A stretch of 24,602 nt of DNA from an uncultured virus (IMG/VR IMGVR_UViG_3300029787_000013) (taxonomy: Duplodnaviria > Heunggongvirae > Uroviricota > Caudoviricetes), in IMG/VR virus record IMGVR_UViG_3300029787_000013; one strand, written 5' to 3'. Positions within the stretch are counted from its first letter, which is position 1. Each line of letters starts with the position of its first letter. The notes below the pieces were generated by a model, which worked only from the letters and a program-made list of their open reading frames with translations, did no database searches and had not been told where the DNA came from. The translations under genes and the position numbers were made by a program. This document shows, in pieces, positions 1-6,867 of this stretch.

Positions 1-119
1 CAAGACTGGCATGCTTTTAATCTTTCTTCGTATTGCTCAGTAGTTACATTAGGTGCGCCCGATGCAATATATTTAGTTGCCTCTTTTGCAAATTGTAATG
101 TTAATTTAAAAATATTCAT
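1..119 (-). CDS. Small phage protein, 5' part only (runs off left edge); probably a Cys-rich small protein
   Basis: Hand translation from ATG at 119: MNIFKLTLQFAKEATKYIASGAPNVTTEQYEERLKACQS..., open to the edge. The 'YEERLKAC..C' pattern resembles the start of common small Cys-rich phage proteins. Confidence 0.65.
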   Translation of the reverse strand, partial: MNIFKLTLQFAKEATKYIASGAPNVTTEQYEERLKACQS

Positions 120-243
120 CTGTTATTAATTTACTATGTACGTATTTTCCTTTTTTATCTGTTATAATTTCTACGGCTCCTCCATGAATCTCGTAAACAT
201 ATAAAAGTAAAGTTTTATTTGCTACCAGTCCAAACCACTTCAA
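106..243 (-). CDS. Possible 45-aa hypothetical protein (start uncertain, TTG)
   Basis: Open frame (L)KWFGLVANKTLLLYVYEIHGGAVEIITDKKGKYVHSKLITDEYF* fills the gap between neighbours and overlaps both, as elsewhere in this cluster. Confidence 0.4.
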   Translation of the reverse strand: MKWFGLVANKTLLLYVYEIHGGAVEIITDKKGKYVHSKLITDEYF

Positions 244-538
244 CTGTAATGCTATCGGGTCTTTTGAGGATTCTGTGTAAAACATAATTATTATTTTTTA
301 AAGTTATAGCTCCTTTATCTTTGAAGCGTTTTACATAATTATTCAATTTGTTTGGATCATCTATTTTTAATTTTTTTGCCACTTTAACTTTATTATCATA
401 AGAACATAAATTTTCACTTTTATTAATATCCATTAAAGCTGATAATATAGATAATTCTTTAGCTGTTAAATTAAACATACTGTTCCAAAACTGTAAGTAT
501 TTATAATTACTATTTATTTCTAATTTAATTTTTTTCAT
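215..538 (-). CDS. Winged helix-turn-helix DNA-binding protein (RepL/MarR-like)
   Basis: 107 aa with 'LTAKELSILSALM...KVKVAKKLKI...LNNYVKRFKDKGAI...NNNYVL', a typical wHTH pattern. Confidence 0.6.
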   Translation of the reverse strand: MKKIKLEINSNYKYLQFWNSMFNLTAKELSILSALMDINKSENLCSYDNKVKVAKKLKIDDPNKLNNYVKRFKDKGAITLKNNNYVLHRILKRPDSITVEVVWTGSK

Positions 539-701
539 TTTCTATTTCTATTTGCAATACATAATAATCTTTGCTAACAAACATTGTTAATCTAGAATCA
601 CAATTACTAATCTTTTTAAAATTTTTTAATTTCTTTTCAAAATCTATACTAGTTTTTATCCAATCTTCAAATTTTTTTATCCTATAATTAGTTTTTAACA
701 T
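525..701 (-). CDS. 58-aa hypothetical protein (below ORF-track cutoff)
   Basis: Hand translation MLKTNYRIKKFEDWIKTSIDFEKKLKNFKKISNCDSRLTMFVSKDYYVLQIEIENEKN*. It overlaps both neighbours by 14 nt and fills the gap. Confidence 0.6.
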   Translation of the reverse strand: MLKTNYRIKKFEDWIKTSIDFEKKLKNFKKISNCDSRLTMFVSKDYYVLQIEIENEKN

Positions 702-933
702 CTTTTATTTCTATACTTGCTTTACTACCATCAAAAGTAATCTTACAGGTTTTAGATTGTAAATTAAATTGCTCTATATATTTACCCATATTTTCTCTAG
801 ATGATAAAAACGATAAAAATACAGCTAATTCTTTAGCTGTCCTATATAAATGCTCTTCTTTTTCAGTTAGAGTTTTATTTTTATCTTGCAATTTAGTATA
901 ATCCTCTAAGCTAATAGTAACTGTACCTTTCAT
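688..933 (-). CDS. Hypothetical protein
   Basis: 81 aa, 'MKGTVTISLEDY..L' N-terminus followed by a coiled-coil-like segment; abuts the upstream gene. Confidence 0.7.
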   Translation of the reverse strand: MKGTVTISLEDYTKLQDKNKTLTEKEEHLYRTAKELAVFLSFLSSRENMGKYIEQFNLQSKTCKITFDGSKASIEIKDVKN

Positions 934-1116
934 CTATTTTACAGGTTCTTCTTTTGCTAAATATGTATAGTATACACGATCAGAGATCTTTTTACTATTT
1001 GTATTATATAAAACAGATCCATCTTTAGCTATTCCATATATATCTTCTCCATACATATCTTTAAAGAAATCCTGTTTCCATTGTACCATTTCTGATATTA
1101 AGTAAATCTTTTCCAT
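934..1116 (-). CDS. Hypothetical protein
   Basis: 60-aa ORF tightly packed between groES and the 81-aa gene. Confidence 0.6.
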   Translation of the reverse strand: MEKIYLISEMVQWKQDFFKDMYGEDIYGIAKDGSVLYNTNSKKISDRVYYTYLAKEEPVK

Positions 1117-1118
1117 AA

Positions 1119-1406
1119 TTATTGTTTAAATATACCCATACAGAAATGTTCAGGAATCATTATATATGATACATCCTCTATATTTATAATATTACCTGTA
1201 GTTGTTGGATTAACCATAGCAAGATCTCCAACCTTAGCTTGTTTACACTCAGGTCCTATAGCTAGTATTTCAGAAATGTTAGATTGTAATTTAGCAGACA
1301 TATTTTCTGGTAAGATAATACCACTTTCAGTCTCCTCTACTCTAGGATCAGCAATTAACACCCAATCCCTTGTTGGAGTAAAGTCTTTTAAAGTTTGTTT
1401 TGACAT
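1119..1406 (-). CDS. groES: Co-chaperonin GroES (Cpn10 family)
   Basis: 95 aa; 'PTRDWVLI', mobile loop 'ETESGIILP', 'EILAIGP', 'KVGDLAM', 'YIMIPEHFCMGIF' follow the Cpn10 pattern. Confidence 0.9.
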   Translation of the reverse strand: MSKQTLKDFTPTRDWVLIADPRVEETESGIILPENMSAKLQSNISEILAIGPECKQAKVGDLAMVNPTTTGNIINIEDVSYIMIPEHFCMGIFKQ

Positions 1407-1430
1407 AGTCTAGTTTATTTTAGTTATAAG

Positions 1431-1460
1431 CAAATATATAACAAAATTTTTTATATCAAA
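1431..1460 (-). promoter_or_regulatory. Bacteroidota-type sigma-A promoter for the groES cluster
   Basis: Minus-strand TATATTTG (1438-1431) matches -7 TAnnTTTG, with TTTG (1460-1457) 18 nt upstream, about 25 nt before the groES ATG. Confidence 0.6.
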
Positions 1461-1621
1461 ACAAAAAATAAAATATTTTTTTTAAATAATTGAGAATTGG
1501 ATACACCTCCCCCCTTGGAAATTAGTTTAATTTTGAATTTCTACTTACCGTTTTTAGCCTGCGTGGGTACATTTCTGTCAGCCTATAGTATTACTCCCAC
1601 CTAAGTTTTATATCAAAACAA
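1449..1621. repeat. 16-bp exact direct repeat TTTTATATCAAAACAA (1449-1464 and 1606-1621)
   Basis: Read directly from the sequence. Confidence 0.8.
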
Positions 1622-1728
1622 TTTTTGGAATTATTGGGGACAACCGTGACTAATTAGATTAGTTCGTAAACCCAACTTCTGACCCTATAACTACCTTTTG
1701 GCCCTCTAGGGTGATCTAAGATTCCAGT
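1505..1728 (-). ncRNA. Candidate two-domain structured ncRNA, family unassigned
   Basis: ORF-free, locally GC-richer stretch with nested complementary segments: 1531-36/1613-18, 1543-47/1602-06, 1563-67/1596-1600, an ACA-GAAA-UGU hairpin (1578-1569), 1626-31/1721-26, 1634-38/1671-75, 1649-54/1658-63 and 1682-87/1707-12. Confidence 0.5.
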
Positions 1729-1853
1729 GCAATATTACATAATACCTATGACAAATGCAAGGATTATAATAAAAATATATAAATAATTTGAAATATCTAT
1801 TTTCATATTGCAATATACAACTCTAATGTTAAACTAATATTACAACAGTATTA

Positions 1854-1861
1854 CAAAATTA
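1854..1861 (-). promoter_or_regulatory. Possible leftward -7 element TAATTTTG
   Basis: Matches TAnnTTTG on the minus strand in the divergent region; chance matches are common in AT-rich DNA. Confidence 0.3.
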
Positions 1862-1888
1862 TTAAAAAAATTTTTTAGGCGTGGCCTA

Positions 1889-1896
1889 TATTTTTG
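1889..1896 (+). promoter_or_regulatory. Possible rightward -7 element TATTTTTG
   Basis: Matches TAnnTTTG about 100 nt upstream of the first rightward gene. Confidence 0.35.
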
Positions 1897-1994
1897 AGCG
1901 TGTGAAGGTATTAAATAACTCACCCCACTTCTTTTCCAAGGTTCAAATGCCCCGTTGGGTATAAGAATTAAAGTATTAATTTAAAAAATTGCAA

Positions 1995-2360
1995 ATGAAA
2001 CATTTACAGATCTTTGTTGCTTCCGTAGAAGGAAGTAAGTATGTCGCTGCGGGTTCTCGCGGCAAACAGTCATGGGATGAATACACAACCCTTGACTGCT
2101 TAATCCCAAGTTTGGGAACTAACATCACCGTTAAGTTTAACGGGAAGTACGATGAGTCCATGGGACGTCTCGTTAAAGTACAGTTCAACGCTAAAGGTGA
2201 ACTATACTTCTCTGGAGAAGAAATACCTTCGGATTACTTCAAACTTCGCTGTTTCATAATGAATACAGACAAAGTCGTTGATGAACTCAAGAAGTTCAGC
2301 AACTATCGTGCTAAAGCACGCAGAGAACTAGCGTTATCTGCAACACTAAAGGGGAAATAA
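1995..2360 (+). CDS. Hypothetical protein, first gene of the rightward (probably early) block
   Basis: ATG at 1995 after an A-rich leader is preferred over TTG 1989; followed directly by an intrinsic terminator; GC-richer than the rest of the window. Confidence 0.75.
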   Translation: MKHLQIFVASVEGSKYVAAGSRGKQSWDEYTTLDCLIPSLGTNITVKFNGKYDESMGRLVKVQFNAKGELYFSGEEIPSDYFKLRCFIMNTDKVVDELKKFSNYRAKARRELALSATLKGK

Positions 2361-2373
2361 TTTCCCTTTTTTT
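2348..2373 (+). terminator. Intrinsic terminator
   Basis: GGGAAA-TAA-TTTCCC hairpin overlapping the stop codon, followed by a T7 tract. Confidence 0.75.
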
Positions 2374-2481
2374 AAATTAGAGTGAATGTTTGTGCAATCG
2401 TAGTGACCAACTCTTACACACTACATTTTGCCATATTTCGCACAATTTAACTTTCAAATAAATTAATAATATATAACACTT

Positions 2482-2664
2482 ATGCTTATGTCAACACTAA
2501 AATCAATATTAGTTCAAGAACTATTAGACTTAACAAAAGATCAACCAACACTTAATCTAGATGGTTATGTAGATTATAAAATGTTCTTATATACTTTAAC
2601 TACAAATCAACTAATGGATAGTATAGATTACGAATTACGTGCAGATAATCATACAGAAAAATAA
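2482..2664 (+). CDS. Hypothetical protein
   Basis: 60-aa ORF with an A/T-rich leader. Confidence 0.6.
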   Translation: MLMSTLKSILVQELLDLTKDQPTLNLDGYVDYKMFLYTLTTNQLMDSIDYELRADNHTEK

Positions 2665-2749
2665 AAATACAAGAGATCGCGCTAGTGTAAATTCAGCATT
2701 ATATAAAATGTGTAGCAACCTAGCGCTTTCTCATTAAACTACTCAAACC

Positions 2750-2857
2750 ATGAAATATTTCTATGTCTGGGATGACAAAACTATGTCATTCAAATTAATA
2801 CTAACACCTAAATACATTAAAAACAATGAAGAAAATACGCGTAACGTACGAATGTGA
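2750..2857 (+). CDS. Possible 35-aa peptide
   Basis: MKYFYVWDDKTMSFKLILTPKYIKNNEENTRNVRM*, preceded by 'actcaaacc' and overlapping the next gene start. Confidence 0.4.
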   Translation: MKYFYVWDDKTMSFKLILTPKYIKNNEENTRNVRM

Positions 2858-3110
2858 TACTGCTGATGATCATACAGCTTGTATCACTGATTTAACACAA
2901 ACTTTAACTATGATCTTTAACGATCCAATTGATGCAATACATTTTATATCAGAATGTACATCGTGCAACAGTAATATTTATGAGTTATATCCTAAATATT
3001 TTGCACATGTAGCTAGTGATACACAAATAAGCATCGATGGTAAAACTCTAGATCTTAAACAATTAATAACTGATCTAGAAGAATTTAGAATTAATAATTT
3101 GTATAACTAA
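2826..3110 (+). CDS. Hypothetical protein
   Basis: 94-aa ORF, Cys/His-containing (C..DDH..C; C..C). Confidence 0.65.
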   Translation: MKKIRVTYECDTADDHTACITDLTQTLTMIFNDPIDAIHFISECTSCNSNIYELYPKYFAHVASDTQISIDGKTLDLKQLITDLEEFRINNLYN

Positions 3111-3124
3111 TAATAATCATAAAA

Positions 3125-3727
3125 ATGAAAAATCAATTAAATTCAGGGTCACTGGAGACATTAAAACCAGAACAAACATTACTAATGTCTGCAAGAAAAG
3201 TAAATGGAGGTAAACTTCAATTAGAATTTGCAGAAGTTATTAAAAATGGAAAAGGTATGAATGTACTAGGAATATTAAATAAATCTGATGAAAGATTTAG
3301 TTCTAGTGCTAGACGTGCTTGGGTAACTGCTGAGCCTAATGACGCTCAAGAAAGCTTTGGTATTAACTTTGGTGTTGATGCTGGCTGGGAAATGACAGAT
3401 AGAGGAGAAATACTATTTCTTGATATATTAAATCCTACAATAGATGGAACACGTTGTAGAGTACAAATCAATGAAACAGTTGAAGCTACTGACTGGCAAG
3501 AAGAAAATAAACACAGAGCTGCTAAAAGAAAAGGTAAAGATGGAGATTTTATTACACATGACGGTAATTACATTTATAGTAATACAGCTGTAATATTAAG
3601 TAATGAAACACCAACACATACTATTCTTCAACCTGACTCTATTACAATAAGCGAAATGGTTGACACTACAACTGGTGAAGTTTTAGAAACAGTAGAAGCT
3701 ATGCATGAGGACGACTTACCTCTATAA
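3125..3727 (+). CDS. Hypothetical protein with an SSB-like acidic C-terminal tail
   Basis: 200 aa, beta-rich-looking core, acidic C-terminus ending EDDLPL. Confidence 0.75.
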   Translation: MKNQLNSGSLETLKPEQTLLMSARKVNGGKLQLEFAEVIKNGKGMNVLGILNKSDERFSSSARRAWVTAEPNDAQESFGINFGVDAGWEMTDRGEILFLDILNPTIDGTRCRVQINETVEATDWQEENKHRAAKRKGKDGDFITHDGNYIYSNTAVILSNETPTHTILQPDSITISEMVDTTTGEVLETVEAMHEDDLPL

Positions 3728-3755
3728 TTAACAAGTCAATTTAAATTAATACTTT

Positions 3756-3802
3756 GAGTTTAGTGTAGCCTATATATATTATAGGTTACACTCAGCTCTT
3801 TT
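3756..3802 (+). terminator. Long stem-loop, probable terminator or processing site
   Basis: AGTGTAGCCTATA/TATAGGTTACACT 13-bp stem (one G-U) plus an outer GAG/CTC pair, followed by TTTT. Confidence 0.7.
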
Positions 3803-3868
3803 ATAGATGTTTGGATTAAATTTCAATCGGTGCAACTTCTTAATTTTAACTTTTAATACTTTTAACAA

Positions 3869-3988
3869 ATGGACACAACTTATACAATAGCTGTTTGTTT
3901 AGCACTCGGACTTGGATTTCTTGCAGGATTATATATCTGCACACAAATCAGCGACTGGATAAATAAACAGATTAAAAAAGATAAATAA
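3869..3988 (+). CDS. 39-aa single-pass membrane peptide
   Basis: MDTTYTIAVCLALGLGFLAGLYICTQISDWINKQIKKDK*: hydrophobic helix and basic tail; the stop is 1 nt before the next ATG. Confidence 0.7.
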   Translation: MDTTYTIAVCLALGLGFLAGLYICTQISDWINKQIKKDK

Positions 3989-3989
3989 T

Positions 3990-4577
3990 ATGGGAATGGA
4001 TATTTATGGGTTAAACCCAAAACAAATTACAGGTATAAAACCTGAATTTCCTGATGATTGGAATAAATTATCAGATAAAGCAAAAGAATGTTATTGGGAA
4101 TTAGACGCTGAATTCAAAGCAAATAATCCTGGACATTATTTTAGAGCAAACATTTGGAGTTGGAGACCAATTCATATGGCCTGCTTTGCAGCAAAAACTA
4201 TTCATGATTTACAATTCGATGCAGATCTAGATGAATGGGGCTTTAATAATGGATGTGGACTAAAAACACAAGAAGAATGTAATGATTTAGTAAAAGGACT
4301 AGAAGAATTAATAAAAGGTTTTAATATCGCTGATGTTAAATACTTTGGATATAATTTATCTAGAATGTGGAATATAAAAAATTCAAATGGATATACACAT
4401 ATTGATGATGAGAAACTAATAAACTCATTAAATATGTTATATCCAGAAGATTCTTTAGTTACACAAATGCCTAAAATAAAAGATCAAACATACTTTCCAA
4501 GTCATGTAACAACAACTGAACATTTAAAAGAGTTTGTTGAGTTTTTAAGACATTGTGGAGGCTTTGAAATACTTTAA
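3990..4577 (+). CDS. Phage hypothetical protein
   Basis: 195 aa with 'MGMDIYG', 'YFRANIWSWRPI' and 'EFVEFLRHCGGFEI', motifs typical of uncharacterised phage proteins. Confidence 0.8.
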   Translation: MGMDIYGLNPKQITGIKPEFPDDWNKLSDKAKECYWELDAEFKANNPGHYFRANIWSWRPIHMACFAAKTIHDLQFDADLDEWGFNNGCGLKTQEECNDLVKGLEELIKGFNIADVKYFGYNLSRMWNIKNSNGYTHIDDEKLINSLNMLYPEDSLVTQMPKIKDQTYFPSHVTTTEHLKEFVEFLRHCGGFEIL

Positions 4578-4618
4578 AAATTAGTATATAAATATTTTAA
4601 ATATATAATAAAATTTAG

Positions 4619-4626
4619 TATATTTG
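4619..4626 (+). promoter_or_regulatory. Bacteroidota-type -7 element TATATTTG at the head of the replication block
   Basis: Exact TAnnTTTG match, identical to the groES promoter octamer, in an AT-rich intergenic gap. Confidence 0.55.
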
Positions 4627-4703
4627 TATACGTTATATAAATAATTTGTGTATAAACGATTTTAACTACTTGGAAATCAATACTATACACTACGATGCAA
4701 CAT

Positions 4704-4733
4704 TTAAAGGGGATAGTTTACTATCCCTTTTAA
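4704..4733 (+). terminator. Intrinsic terminator-like hairpin (possible attenuator)
   Basis: GGGATAG-TTTA-CTATCCC stem flanked by A and T tracts. Confidence 0.7.
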
Positions 4734-4750
4734 TTTTAAATACTTTAAAT

Positions 4751-4978
4751 ATGGGATTAGATAGAATTTCAAAACATCAAAAAATAGTCAGTTCAAAATA
4801 TGTTTACAATAAAGATGGTACTTACAAAGGCCATAAAAAAATATGGAACATACCTGAAACTATAACTTCTGATGTAACTTTTCAATTACATTTTGGCTTT
4901 ACCTATCCTAATGATAATTTTAGAATAAAAAAAGTAGGGCAAACATATCCACTGCCTGAAAGAATAAAAAGAAAATGA
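4751..4978 (+). CDS. Hypothetical protein (75 aa; start revised from 4646)
   Basis: ATG 4751 (MGLDRISKHQK...) lies after the hairpin; its stop overlaps the polA start (ATGA). Confidence 0.65.
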   Translation: MGLDRISKHQKIVSSKYVYNKDGTYKGHKKIWNIPETITSDVTFQLHFGFTYPNDNFRIKKVGQTYPLPERIKRK

Positions 4979-6861
4979 TTACATATATAGGAAACGCTAC
5001 AACTTCACAAGATTATTGTACAGTTAAAGGGGGTATAAATGATGTTGTGAAGTATTGTAGCGATAAACATGTAATTGCAGTAGATACTGAAACAAACGGA
5101 TTAGATTTTACTAGCAATGAAATAGTTATGTTACAAATAGGTGATGAACATCATCAATTTATAATAGACGTTAGAACAATTGATATTTCCCCTCTAAAAG
5201 ATATATTTGAAAGTAGAGAGATAATTAAAGTTTTACATAATGTAAAATTTGATTATGTATTTATTAAATCAAAGTTCAGCATTAATATGCAAAATGTTTA
5301 TGATACTATGTTAACTGAAAAAGTTATTCATTGTGGTAAAAACTTAAAATTTGGACTAAAAGATCTAGTAAAGAAATACTTTCAAATAGAAATAGATAAA
5401 AACATTAGAACAACATTTAACACAGAGAAACCATTTACTAAAGAACAAATAAAATATGGAGCTAAAGACATAGAGTATTTAATAAAACTTAAAGACCTAC
5501 AAAAACCATTAATTGATAAATATAAATTAGATAGCACAGTTGAATTAGAAAATAAAGCTGTATTAGCATTTGCTGATATAGAATACAATGGATTAAATAT
5601 TGATAAAGATAAATGGAAACTAGTATACATCGAGAATAAAAAGAGAGCAGATAAATTAAATGAGAAATTAGATTTAATGGTAATTGAGGATATTAGATTG
5701 CAAAAATTTGTATTAGAATATATACAAGGTGATTTGTTTACAGCTACAACTGAACTAAGAAAAGTCAGTGTTAATTGGGACTCACCTAAACAAGTATTAT
5801 CTGTATTTAATTGTATTTTACCTGATTTAGAAAATGTAAATGGTAAATATTTAAATAAACATAGATATAGAATACCTGTAATTAATCAATATATTAAATA
5901 TAAAGAAGCAATGAAATTATGTACATCTTATGGTGATGCATTCTTTGATAATATTCGTGCAGATGGTAAAATACATACAAACTTTCATCAGATATTAGAT
6001 ACTGGTAGAGTTAGTAGTAGTAAACCTAATATGCAACAAATACCTGCTGATAATTTATTTAGAAATTGTTTTATTGCACCTGCAGAGTGGAAGTTCGTGT
6101 CTGCAGACTATAGTAGTCAAGAGTTAAATGTCATTGCTTTTGGTAGCAAAGATCCTGTATGGATTGAAGCGCTTAAAAGAGGCGAAGATTTACACTCTGT
6201 ATGTGCTGATCTTGTTTATGGAGAAAAATGGACAGACGTTGCTGAAACTGATTGTTCTTACTTTATAGATAAATCTAAGTGTAATTGTGCTCAGCATAAA
6301 TCAATGAGAACCAATGTCAAAACTATAAACTTTGGCTTAGCCTATGGCATGGGTCCACATAAATTAGCGGACACGTTGAATATCCCAATCAACGATGCAA
6401 AAATTCTTATTAAGAAATACTTTGCATCTTTTCCAGCTATAGGTGGGTTCTTAGATAAACTTGCAAGATTTGGTAAGAAGTTTGGATATATTAAAACATT
6501 TCCTCCTTATAATAGAAGAAGATGGTTTGATAGTTGGTATCCTAATATTTGGAATGCCTCTGAATCTAAACGTGAACTTGGAAGTATTGAAAGAGCATCA
6601 AAGAATACCCCTATTCAAGGTGCTTCTGCAGATATGACTAAGTTAGCTTTAATATTAATAAGAGAATATATAGCTATAACTAAATGCCCTGTTAAAATAG
6701 TAATGACTGTACATGATCAGATCGATACTATTTGTCATCAAGATTATCTAGATGAATGGACAGCTAAAATAAAAGAACTTATGGAATTAGCTGCTAATAA
6801 AATAGTTACAAATGGCCTGTTAAAAGCTGAAGTGGGAATCAGTGATTACTGGCAAAAATAA
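4975..6861 (+). CDS. polA: Family A DNA polymerase with 3'-5' exonuclease (no 5'-3' exonuclease domain)
   Basis: ExoI 'VDTET', ExoII 'HNVKFD', ExoIII 'YGAKD'; 'TGRVSSSKPNMQQIP'; motif A 'ADYSSQEL', motif B 'RTNVKTINFGLAYG', motif C 'VHDQI'. Confidence 0.97.
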   Translation: MITYIGNATTSQDYCTVKGGINDVVKYCSDKHVIAVDTETNGLDFTSNEIVMLQIGDEHHQFIIDVRTIDISPLKDIFESREIIKVLHNVKFDYVFIKSKFSINMQNVYDTMLTEKVIHCGKNLKFGLKDLVKKYFQIEIDKNIRTTFNTEKPFTKEQIKYGAKDIEYLIKLKDLQKPLIDKYKLDSTVELENKAVLAFADIEYNGLNIDKDKWKLVYIENKKRADKLNEKLDLMVIEDIRLQKFVLEYIQGDLFTATTELRKVSVNWDSPKQVLSVFNCILPDLENVNGKYLNKHRYRIPVINQYIKYKEAMKLCTSYGDAFFDNIRADGKIHTNFHQILDTGRVSSSKPNMQQIPADNLFRNCFIAPAEWKFVSADYSSQELNVIAFGSKDPVWIEALKRGEDLHSVCADLVYGEKWTDVAETDCSYFIDKSKCNCAQHKSMRTNVKTINFGLAYGMGPHKLADTLNIPINDAKILIKKYFASFPAIGGFLDKLARFGKKFGYIKTFPPYNRRRWFDSWYPNIWNASESKRELGSIERASKNTPIQGASADMTKLALILIREYIAITKCPVKIVMTVHDQIDTICHQDYLDEWTAKIKELMELAANKIVTNGLLKAEVGISDYWQK

Positions 6862-6867
6862 TTAAAT

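Noticed and set aside
4646..4750. N-terminal extension of the 110-aa ORF from TTG 4646
   Set aside because: It runs through a terminator-like hairpin and promoter-proximal sequence; ATG 4751 is more plausible.
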